32,000 bases of DNA, taken from Candidatus Arthromitus sp. SFB-rat-Yit. GTDB taxonomy: Bacteria > Bacillota > Clostridia > Clostridiales > Clostridiaceae. Shown here piece after piece: positions 7,194-15,100 of this stretch (the first letter of the stretch is position 1; each line of letters opens with the position of its first letter). A program made the translations under genes and the position numbers. Location: positions 870,001 through 902,000 of the forward strand of contig NC_016012.1 of assembly GCF_000283555.1 (NCBI RefSeq), written 5' to 3'. The notes under the pieces were generated by a model that saw only the letters and a list, made by a program, of their open reading frames with translations, was not told the DNA's origin and did no database searches.

Positions 7194-8111
7194 ATGAACA
7201 AGTATTATTTAAAAACTTATATAGCTACATTTGGAGTAATGTCATCTTTTTGTTTTTTACCAAGCATCACTTCTAAAGCCACACCTTTAAGATCTACATC
7301 CAGAATTTTTAATGCTCTTTTAAGATTAGGTACTTCAAACGAATCGTTTGTAAAAAGATTAGGAGGCGGACGAGCTATCCTCACTCTAGATTACTCAGGT
7401 AATGGAAGCGGAAGAGGAATACCTGTACCGCCAAATTCCCTCGTCTTTATTGAAACTAAAGACGGGGTTAAATTAACTTCAACTACCACAAACGAAAAAA
7501 GTAAAAATATTTTATTAGATAGTGGTAGCTTCATCTATTACACTAAATTAAGTAAAAATGGTCAACCTTACAAAACTAAAGTAACAGTTGGGAGCAATTC
7601 CGTTACAGTCACTACACTTAAAAAAACTATTGACGGCTCAACAGTCAAAAAAGTCACAAAATTAACCGAGTCTTCTAATAAATATCCAGCAGGAAAAGTT
7701 CAACAAGACATTCACATGACTCCTTATCAAGGTAATTCTCTTACACATCGTTCGTATCAAAAATTAGATCTACATAATGAAAACAACTATACAAAATATG
7801 AAGAAACCAAAACCCCCGTTCACTTCACATCCAAATATGAAGATCCAAATAAATTAATTACAACAGAAAAACTTCCTGGATTTGATTATAAAAATACATT
7901 AATTAAAGCCACAGGTGAAACTCAAATCCAAGCTACAAATAAATTTGGAAGTGTAGTTACTACTACAAAAGGTGGTATAACTACAATACATAAATTTAAT
8001 ACAAATGGTGATCTAACTAAAGTATCTACTAAATCTCCTTCTGGACGTTCAGAAACAATATATAACTCTAGCGGAGCTATTGAATCTGGATACAAAATAA
8101 CTCACCATTAA
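7194..8111 (+). CDS. Secreted protein, divergent longer paralog P4 of the P1-P3 family with a C-terminal extension
   Basis: 305 aa. Signal peptide MNKYYLKTYIATFGVMSSFCFLPSITSKA. It keeps a recognisable family motif order (LGGG, IETKDG, KTKVTVG.., GNSLTHRSYQ, NYTKYEE), then adds about 75 extra residues with YD-repeat-like beta-hairpin patterns. Confidence 0.75.
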   Translation: MNKYYLKTYIATFGVMSSFCFLPSITSKATPLRSTSRIFNALLRLGTSNESFVKRLGGGRAILTLDYSGNGSGRGIPVPPNSLVFIETKDGVKLTSTTTNEKSKNILLDSGSFIYYTKLSKNGQPYKTKVTVGSNSVTVTTLKKTIDGSTVKKVTKLTESSNKYPAGKVQQDIHMTPYQGNSLTHRSYQKLDLHNENNYTKYEETKTPVHFTSKYEDPNKLITTEKLPGFDYKNTLIKATGETQIQATNKFGSVVTTTKGGITTIHKFNTNGDLTKVSTKSPSGRSETIYNSSGAIESGYKITHH

Positions 8112-8119
8112 ACAAAAAC

Positions 8120-8150
8120 AAAAAGCAAGTACGATATGTACTTGCTTTTT
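8120..8150. terminator. Bidirectional terminator between P4 (+) and the ABC exporter operon (-)
   Basis: AAAA - AGCAAGTAC - gatat - GTACTTGCT - TTTT. Confidence 0.75.
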
Positions 8151-8163
8151 ATATCTTTGAGCT

Positions 8164-9975
8164 TTAAGCATTCTCCTCAAACTGACTATTATAAAGATCA
8201 GCATAAGAACCATTTTGAGCCATAAGCTCATCATGATTACCATGTTCAATTATATTACCTTGTTTCATTACAAGTATTAAATCAGAATCTTTTATTGTTG
8301 AAAGTCTGTGAGCAATAACAAAGCTTGTTCTACCTTCCATAAGATTCCTCATAGCTTTTTGAATTAACGCTTCCGTTCTTGTATCTACGTTACTTGTAGC
8401 CTCATCAAGAATAAGAATCTTCGGATCAGCAACAATCGCTCTAGCAATAGTTAAAAGTTGCTTTTGACCTTGTGATATATTTGACGCATCCTCATTTAAT
8501 ACTGTATCATACCCATTTTCAAACAATCTTATAAAATCATCCGTATGTGCTGCCTTAGATGACTCTATTATTCGTTCATCTGTCGCACCATCCAAACTAT
8601 AAGATAAATTTTCTTTTATGGTACCATTAAAAAGCCAAGTATCTTGAAGAACCATTCCAAAGTTACTTCTCAAATAATCCCTGGTCATGTCATTAATATC
8701 TACTCCATCAATCTTAATACTTCCACCATTTATATCATAAAAACGCATTAAAAGATTTATAAGAGTTGTCTTACCTGCACCAGTATGACCAACAATAGCT
8801 ACTTTTTGCCCTGGCTTAACCTCAAAACTAATATTATTCATAAGAGGTTTATCTGGATTGTATCCAAATTTAACATTTTCAAAAACAACTCTACCATGAA
8901 CATCTGGTATCCTAGCATCTTTAGTAGACTCTGGAGTAAGTTCTTCTTCGTCTAAAAATTCAAATACCCTTTCTGCAGCTGCTAAAGTTGATTGAAATAA
9001 ACTTGCAATACTTGCAATTTGGTTTATTGGCATTCCAAACTGTCTTGAATATTGAATAAATGCTTGAATATCACCTATTCCAATCTTCCCTATTATGCTG
9101 AAGTATCCTCCAATTATAGCTATAATAATATAGTTTATGTTATTAATAAACATCATTACAGGCATTATAATTCCAGATATAAATTGAGCTTTCCAACCGC
9201 TTTCATATAAACTTTCATTAATTTCATCAAATCTTTTAACATTATTTGGCTCACGTCCAAAAGCTTTCACAACATTATGTCCAGAATACATCTCTTCAAT
9301 GTATCCATTAAGCTCACCTACGGTCTTTTGCTGGCTCTTAAAATATTTTTGTGACTTGCCAACTAAAGGTTTTATAAGATTAGTCCCAATAAACAAAATT
9401 AAAATAGTAAGTATCGTCATTATAGGACTTATCGTTATCATAGCAATTATAACTCCAACTATAGTTATAACCGAAGAAATAAATTGAGTTAAGTTCTCTT
9501 GAAGTGTTGTCGCAATTAACTCTATGTCATTAGTCAAACGACTTAAAATTTCTCCATGTGTTTTGGTATCATAATAATTCAAAGGAATTCTAGAAATCTT
9601 TAGATCCACATCTTTCCTCAAATCATACATAGTACTTTGTCCAAAACCAGCCATTATATAGTTCTGCAAATAAGTAAATAAACATCCTAAAGAATAAAGG
9701 ACAATAAGTATTAGAATTATCTTCCCTATAAATTGAAAATCAATACCACCCATGCCTGTTGCTATTCTAATAGCACCATCAAACACTTCATTTATAGCCT
9801 TACCCATAATTTTTGGACCAACAATATTAAATACTTGACCTATTATAGCAAAAACAATAATCACTATTAAAATCCACAATCTAGGTTTAAAATATCCAAA
9901 TAATCTCTTAGCAGTTCCTTTAGATGGTTTAGATTTTTTAATTTCCGAGAAATGTCCTACATCTTGTTTCCTCAT
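8164..9975 (-). CDS. ABC exporter, fused permease/ATPase; subunit with canonical catalytic residues and a degenerate signature motif
   Basis: 603 aa with an N-terminal 6-TM domain. Walker A is GHTGAGKTT, Walker B with catalytic Glu is ILILDEATS, and the H-loop is VIAHRLST. The signature is ISQGQ instead of LSGGQ. ATGA overlap with the upstream partner. Confidence 0.9.
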   Translation of the reverse strand: MRKQDVGHFSEIKKSKPSKGTAKRLFGYFKPRLWILIVIIVFAIIGQVFNIVGPKIMGKAINEVFDGAIRIATGMGGIDFQFIGKIILILIVLYSLGCLFTYLQNYIMAGFGQSTMYDLRKDVDLKISRIPLNYYDTKTHGEILSRLTNDIELIATTLQENLTQFISSVITIVGVIIAMITISPIMTILTILILFIGTNLIKPLVGKSQKYFKSQQKTVGELNGYIEEMYSGHNVVKAFGREPNNVKRFDEINESLYESGWKAQFISGIIMPVMMFINNINYIIIAIIGGYFSIIGKIGIGDIQAFIQYSRQFGMPINQIASIASLFQSTLAAAERVFEFLDEEELTPESTKDARIPDVHGRVVFENVKFGYNPDKPLMNNISFEVKPGQKVAIVGHTGAGKTTLINLLMRFYDINGGSIKIDGVDINDMTRDYLRSNFGMVLQDTWLFNGTIKENLSYSLDGATDERIIESSKAAHTDDFIRLFENGYDTVLNEDASNISQGQKQLLTIARAIVADPKILILDEATSNVDTRTEALIQKAMRNLMEGRTSFVIAHRLSTIKDSDLILVMKQGNIIEHGNHDELMAQNGSYADLYNSQFEENA

Positions 9976-11702
9976 GACAATTCCTCCTCTGATAATTGAG
10001 ATTTTGCGATTTCTCTATATACTTCACAATTATTAAGTAATTCTTTGTGCGTACCTATTCCAACAACTCTACCATTATCCATTACAATAATTTTATCTGA
10101 ATGCATTACGGAAGTTACTCTTTGCCCTACAATTAAAATGATTGCATTTTTTATATTCTCTTTAAGAGCAGCTCTCAATTTAGAATCTGTTTTAAAATCC
10201 AATGCAGAGAAACTATCATCAAACATATAAATTTTTGAATCTCTAACCAAAGCTCTTGCTATTGACAATCTCTGTTTCTGTCCTCCAGAAAAATTAGTTC
10301 CACCTTGAGCTACATAAGAATCAATTCCATCTTCAAGATTACTAACAAACTCATGAGCTTGAGCAATCTTAAGAGCCCTCTCGAATCTTTCATCTGTCGC
10401 AGATTCATCACCATATTTCAAGTTAGATCTTATAGTACCAGAAAATAATACTGCCTTTTGGGGCACATATCCTATACTTTCCCTCAATTCTTTCTGAGTT
10501 ATATCTTTAATATCAACTCCATTTAAAAGTATTTTACCTTTAGTAACTTCATAAAATCTTGAAATAAGATTTAATATAGTACTTTTACCCGATCCTGTAC
10601 CCCCAATTATCGCAACTGTATCACCTGACTTACATTCAAAATCTATATTTTCAAGATCATATTCTCCAGTATTATTATAAGAAAAACTAACATTATCAAA
10701 TTTTAAAGTAACCTCATTTGAATCACTTAGTTTCTTAACATTCTCTATATCATTTATAGAAAAATCTGTTTCTAAAACTTCATTTATACGTTTTGCAGAA
10801 GAAATAGCTTTCGGTATCATCGCAAAAAGCATGAAAAATATCATAAGTGAAATCATAATCTGATTTGAATATTGTATAAATGCAATTAAATCTCCAACCA
10901 TAAGAGTACTATCAGCAACTCTATAACTTCCAAACCAAACAACAGCTAAAGAGTTAAAATAAAATATGAGAAACATTATTGGTATTAACTTTGCAAAAAT
11001 ACGATATGCCTTCGTAACCGAATTACTCAAATCCCTATTTGCATCATCAAATCTATTTTCTTCATATTTTTGCTTATTAAAAGCTCTAATAACTCTTATC
11101 CCCGTTAAATTTTCTCTCGAAATCAAATTAACTTTATCAAGTTTCTTTTGTATTTTAGAAAATAACTTAATCGCCTTTTTCCCTATCATAAATACAACTA
11201 TAAAAAGTATCGGTATTGATATCAAAAGTATGATTGATAATTTAATATCTGTATACATTGAAACAATCAAACCACCTATAGCAGTCATAGGTCCAAGTAT
11301 CATCATTCTTAACATCAATAATGTCATATTCTGAACCTGAGTTATATCATTAGTTGTTCTAGTTATAAGTGATGCAACTCCAAACTTATCTACTTCTTTA
11401 GAAGAAAAACTTTGAACTTTAATAAATACCCTTCTTCTTATTTCTTGTCCAAATTTAACAGAAATTCTAGATGACAATAGTATTGATAATAAAGATACTA
11501 TAATAGAAATCGAAATAACCACTAACATTTTCAATGCCTGAATGCCTATGATTCCCATATCTTTATTTACTATTCCTTCATCTACAACCTTTGACATTAT
11601 ATTTGGTAGCAATAATTCCATCATCGATTGTGCGAAAATAAGAAAAAATATAAGTAAAATCATGAACTTATATTTTTTAAGATATTTAAACAAAGATAAC
11701 AT
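9972..11702 (-). CDS. ABC exporter, fused permease/ATPase; subunit with degenerate Walker B and H-loop and a canonical signature
   Basis: 576 aa. Walker A is GGTGSGKST and the signature is FSGGQKQR. Walker B is IYMFDDS, with Asp in place of the catalytic Glu. The H-loop is VGQRVTS, with Gln in place of His. GGAGGGTG RBS. Confidence 0.9.
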   Translation of the reverse strand: MLSLFKYLKKYKFMILLIFFLIFAQSMMELLLPNIMSKVVDEGIVNKDMGIIGIQALKMLVVISISIIVSLLSILLSSRISVKFGQEIRRRVFIKVQSFSSKEVDKFGVASLITRTTNDITQVQNMTLLMLRMMILGPMTAIGGLIVSMYTDIKLSIILLISIPILFIVVFMIGKKAIKLFSKIQKKLDKVNLISRENLTGIRVIRAFNKQKYEENRFDDANRDLSNSVTKAYRIFAKLIPIMFLIFYFNSLAVVWFGSYRVADSTLMVGDLIAFIQYSNQIMISLMIFFMLFAMIPKAISSAKRINEVLETDFSINDIENVKKLSDSNEVTLKFDNVSFSYNNTGEYDLENIDFECKSGDTVAIIGGTGSGKSTILNLISRFYEVTKGKILLNGVDIKDITQKELRESIGYVPQKAVLFSGTIRSNLKYGDESATDERFERALKIAQAHEFVSNLEDGIDSYVAQGGTNFSGGQKQRLSIARALVRDSKIYMFDDSFSALDFKTDSKLRAALKENIKNAIILIVGQRVTSVMHSDKIIVMDNGRVVGIGTHKELLNNCEVYREIAKSQLSEEELS

Positions 11703-11745
11703 TTTTTCACCCTCCTTAATCTTAATAATTTATAGCAATTAGACT

Positions 11746-11754
11746 ATTATATCA
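11746..11754 (-). promoter_or_regulatory. Candidate extended -10 promoter of the ABC exporter operon
   Basis: The minus strand reads TGATATAAT (TGnTATAAT) about 45 nt upstream of the ATG at 11702. Confidence 0.5.
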
Positions 11755-12099
11755 ATTTAAAAATAAAATTTGGTTTCAAATAGGTTAAATTTATTTATTA
11801 ACCAAAAATTTTTAACTTTATTCAAACATGTAAAATCTTTTCTACTAATAACGCAAAAAACATTTTTTATGTAAAAAATTTATCTAAGTTAATTAAAACG
11901 AAATTTCATTTATTTTATGTGAATCAGGAAATTTATTTTTTAGCACAAATTTATTTAATTCCATCAGTTTTATTTTTGGCAATTTCGAATTCACGTAAAA
12001 TATTTGAGATTTTGTTTTAAATTAAATTTTTTATGATGATGTAATCGTTAAACTAAACCATAAATTTCACATATTTTTAATGATAGTTTTTTAAAAATA

Positions 12100-12108
12100 T
12101 GTTAAAAT
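12100..12108 (+). promoter_or_regulatory. Candidate extended -10 promoter of hydA
   Basis: TGTTAAAAT lies about 57 nt upstream of the hydA ATG. It is embedded in an imperfect palindrome, ATGTTAAAATTAAAACAT (12099..12116). Confidence 0.45.
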
Positions 12109-12164
12109 TAAAACATAATATTGGATAAATTTTGATGTATACTTAAGGTTTTGGAGGTAATTTA

Positions 12165-13901
12165 ATGATTGAGGTAATTATAAATGATAAAAAAATATCA
12201 TCTGAAAAAGGAAAAACCATTTTGCAAATAGCTAAAGATAATAATATAGAAATTAAAACATTGTGTTTTCTAGAGGATTGTCTAAATGTAAATCGTTGTG
12301 GTACTTGTATGGTTGAAATTGAAGGAAGTGGGGATGTCGTTCATGCTTGCTCAACTCTAGCTGAAGATGGAATGTCAATAAGAACAGACAGCGAAAAAGT
12401 GTCCGAAAAAATAAAAGAGAATATATCAAAAATTCTCGATTCTCATAACTTTACTTGTGGTAAATGTAAACGTCGTGAAACTTGTGAACTCTTACCTTTG
12501 GTTGTTCAAACCAAAGCTAGAGCATCCAAACCATTTATTGTAAAAAATCATGAAGAATACATAGACAATAGAAGTAAATCTATAGTTTTAGATAGATCAA
12601 GATGTATAAAATGCGGAAGATGTGTTGCAACTTGTAAAGAACGAGTTGGAACTGATTCAATAATTTTTCATGATGTAAATGGTGAAATTGTTGTTGGTCC
12701 ACAACATTTAGATTGTTTTGATGATACAAACTGTATACTTTGTGGACAGTGCGTAAATATTTGCCCTGTTGATGCTCTATATGAAAAATCACACATTGAA
12801 AGAGTAAAGGAGGCTCTTGAAAATCCAGATATTCATGTTATAGCAGCTATGGCCCCATCCGTTAGAACTTCTTTAGGTGAATTATTTAAGATGGATTACG
12901 GAATAGATGTTACAAATAAAATTTACACTGCTTTAAGAAAAATTGGATTCGATAAAATATTTGATATAAATTTCGGTGCAGATTTAACTATAATGGAGGA
13001 AGCAACAGAATTTGCAAACAAAATAAGAAGTAACAATACAAATTTCCCAATGTTTACATCCTGCTGTCCTGCTTGGGTAAGACTCGCTGAAAATCATTTT
13101 CCAGAACTTTTGGATAATCTTTCTTCAACAAAATCACCTCAACAAATTTTCGGTGCTGCAAGTAAGTCATACTACCCTTCAATAGAAAATCTTGATCCAA
13201 AAAAAGTATTTACTGTAACTATAATGCCTTGTACTGCTAAGAAATTTGAGGCAGATAGACCTGAGATGATTAATAACGGAGTGCGAAATATTGATGCTGT
13301 TATAACTACTCGTGAGTTTGGAAGAATGTTAAAAGAATTAAAAATAGATTTCGCATCTCTTGAAGATGGAGAATTAGATGAGGCTATGGGACTTTATACC
13401 GGTGCTGGAGCAATCTTTGGAGTTACTGGTGGAGTTATGGAAGCAGCCTTAAGAAGTGCGAAAGATATGCTTGAAAATAAAGATCTTGATAAAATTGAAT
13501 ATAAAGATGTTCGTGGATTCGAAGGAATTAAAGAAGCAACTGTTGAAATTAACAATAAAGAATATAACGTAGCCGTTGTTAATGGTGCATCTAACTTCTT
13601 CAAAATGATGAAAGACAATCTTCTTGATAAAAAACAATATCACTTTATCGAAGTCATGGCTTGTTATGGTGGATGTATAAATGGTGGAGGGCAACCTTAT
13701 GTTACACCTAAAATGAGAAACAAAATTGATTACAAAAAATTACGTGGAAATGTCCTATATAATCAAGACAAAAATTTAAAATATAGAAAATCACACCAAA
13801 ACCCTGCCTTATTAAAAATGTATAAAACTTACATGGGAACACCTGGTGAAGGATTAGCACACGAAATATTGCACCAAAAATACAAAAAGAAAGAGAATTA
13901 A
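12165..13901 (+). CDS. hydA: [FeFe]-hydrogenase, CpI-type (M3 architecture)
   Basis: 578 aa. N-terminal 2Fe-2S ferredoxin-like Cys pattern. His-ligated cluster motif HNFTCGKCKRRETC. Two 4Fe-4S motifs, CIKCGRCVATC and CILCGQCVNICP. H-cluster signatures are TSCCPAW, MPCTAKKFE and EVMACYGGCINGGGQP. GGAGG RBS lies 7 nt upstream. Confidence 0.95.
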   Translation: MIEVIINDKKISSEKGKTILQIAKDNNIEIKTLCFLEDCLNVNRCGTCMVEIEGSGDVVHACSTLAEDGMSIRTDSEKVSEKIKENISKILDSHNFTCGKCKRRETCELLPLVVQTKARASKPFIVKNHEEYIDNRSKSIVLDRSRCIKCGRCVATCKERVGTDSIIFHDVNGEIVVGPQHLDCFDDTNCILCGQCVNICPVDALYEKSHIERVKEALENPDIHVIAAMAPSVRTSLGELFKMDYGIDVTNKIYTALRKIGFDKIFDINFGADLTIMEEATEFANKIRSNNTNFPMFTSCCPAWVRLAENHFPELLDNLSSTKSPQQIFGAASKSYYPSIENLDPKKVFTVTIMPCTAKKFEADRPEMINNGVRNIDAVITTREFGRMLKELKIDFASLEDGELDEAMGLYTGAGAIFGVTGGVMEAALRSAKDMLENKDLDKIEYKDVRGFEGIKEATVEINNKEYNVAVVNGASNFFKMMKDNLLDKKQYHFIEVMACYGGCINGGGQPYVTPKMRNKIDYKKLRGNVLYNQDKNLKYRKSHQNPALLKMYKTYMGTPGEGLAHEILHQKYKKKEN

Positions 13902-13918
13902 ATATTCTCTTTCTTTTT
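13884..13918. terminator. 15-bp perfect inverted repeat spanning the overlapping hydA and hydF stop codons (probable bidirectional terminator)
   Basis: AAAAAGAAAGAGAAT (13884..13898), loop TAAAT, then ATTCTCTTTCTTTTT (13904..13918). I checked this base by base. hydA TAA is at 13899..13901 and hydF TAA (reverse complement) is at 13898..13900. Confidence 0.6.
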
Positions 13919-15100
13919 AAATATCTCTATCGCTCTATCAAGTATTCCAGTCAAATAGGCTATTACAACTCCATAATTTGTGATACTAATCCCTTTCTCT
14001 CCACAAAAATTAACACGATTAATAACACTTTTCCTATTTATCATACAGGCACCGCAATGTATAACCAAATCATACTCATCAAGATTATCAGGAAAATCAT
14101 TACCAACATAAAAATCATATTTTAATTCATAACCAACATGCTTATTTAACAATTTTGGGATTTTAAACCTCCCAATATCTTCATGTGAAACATTATGACT
14201 ACAACTCTCTGCAATCAATATTTTTGAATCTTTGTTCAATTCTTCAATCTTTCTAACTCCATCAACAAAACTTTTTAAATTCCCTTTATGCCTTGCAAAC
14301 AAAATTGAAAAACTGGTTAAAGGTATATTTTTTGGCACAACTTCCGAAACTTTTTTAAAAACTTGAGAATCTGTTATAACAAGATCAATATCTTTCAAAT
14401 CCTTCAGTCCATCTTCAAGTTCTGTATCTCTTAAAACATAGCTTTTTATCCCATGATCCAAACAATCACGAATACATTGAACTTGTGGAAGAATTATTCT
14501 ACCCTTTGGTGCCTCGGAATCTATAGGTACAACCATAACAACCTTACTATTATAAGGAAGAATATCTCCAATTATTGGAATTTCATACTCAGATTCACTA
14601 AAAATTTGGATAATTCTATTTTTTAAATTTTCAATACCTTCACCACTCTCGGTTGATACAAATATAAAATCATTAAAATCTTTAGAAATCTCTTCACGAT
14701 CCGAATCTTTTAATAAATCAGCTTTATTTATAACAACAATATGAGGAACATTAAATTTTTTAAAATTAATCCTCATTTTCTCATACGAATCTTTATCCAA
14801 ATCCATACAATCAAAAACATATATAGAAAGATCTACTCTCTTTAAAGTATCATATGTTTTGTTAAATCTTAAACTCCCAAGTTCACTATCATCGTCACTC
14901 CCAGCTGTATCTATAAATAAAACAGGCCCTATCGGTATAAATTCCATTGGTTTTGAAACTGGATCTGTCGTAGTGCCACCTATTGGTGAAACAATGGAAA
15001 CATTTTGATCCATAATTTTATTAATTAAAGAAGATTTTCCAACATTTGTTTTCCCATAAATCCCAATGTGCTTTCTATTAGCATTCGGAGTACTAAACAT
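13898..15100 (-). CDS. hydF: [FeFe]-hydrogenase maturation GTPase HydF
   Basis: 400 aa. G1 motif GKTNVGKSSLIN and NKAD G4 motif. C-terminal cluster-binding pattern is ESCSHNVSH...VIHCGACM (CxH...HCxxC). 8-bp overlap with the hydG stop. Confidence 0.9.
   Translation of the reverse strand: MFSTPNANRKHIGIYGKTNVGKSSLINKIMDQNVSIVSPIGGTTTDPVSKPMEFIPIGPVLFIDTAGSDDDSELGSLRFNKTYDTLKRVDLSIYVFDCMDLDKDSYEKMRINFKKFNVPHIVVINKADLLKDSDREEISKDFNDFIFVSTESGEGIENLKNRIIQIFSESEYEIPIIGDILPYNSKVVMVVPIDSEAPKGRIILPQVQCIRDCLDHGIKSYVLRDTELEDGLKDLKDIDLVITDSQVFKKVSEVVPKNIPLTSFSILFARHKGNLKSFVDGVRKIEELNKDSKILIAESCSHNVSHEDIGRFKIPKLLNKHVGYELKYDFYVGNDFPDNLDEYDLVIHCGACMINRKSVINRVNFCGEKGISITNYGVVIAYLTGILDRAIEIFKKKENI

Noticed and set aside
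4711-8160. The P1-P4 cluster as a selC-integrated genomic island.
   Set aside because: There is no integrase or recombinase gene. I could find no direct repeat of the tRNA-Sec 3' end (GGTTCGATTCCTACATACTCCCGCCA) at the far boundary near 8120..8160, and no obvious compositional break. Adjacency alone is insufficient, so I kept it only as a comparative-genomics question.
11900-11975. A 23-codon minus-strand ORF (MELNKFVLKNKFPDSHKINEISF) and several 3-9 codon ORFs in the hydA upstream gap.
   Set aside because: They have no Shine-Dalgarno sequence and show AT-rich random-frame composition. Nothing supports translation.
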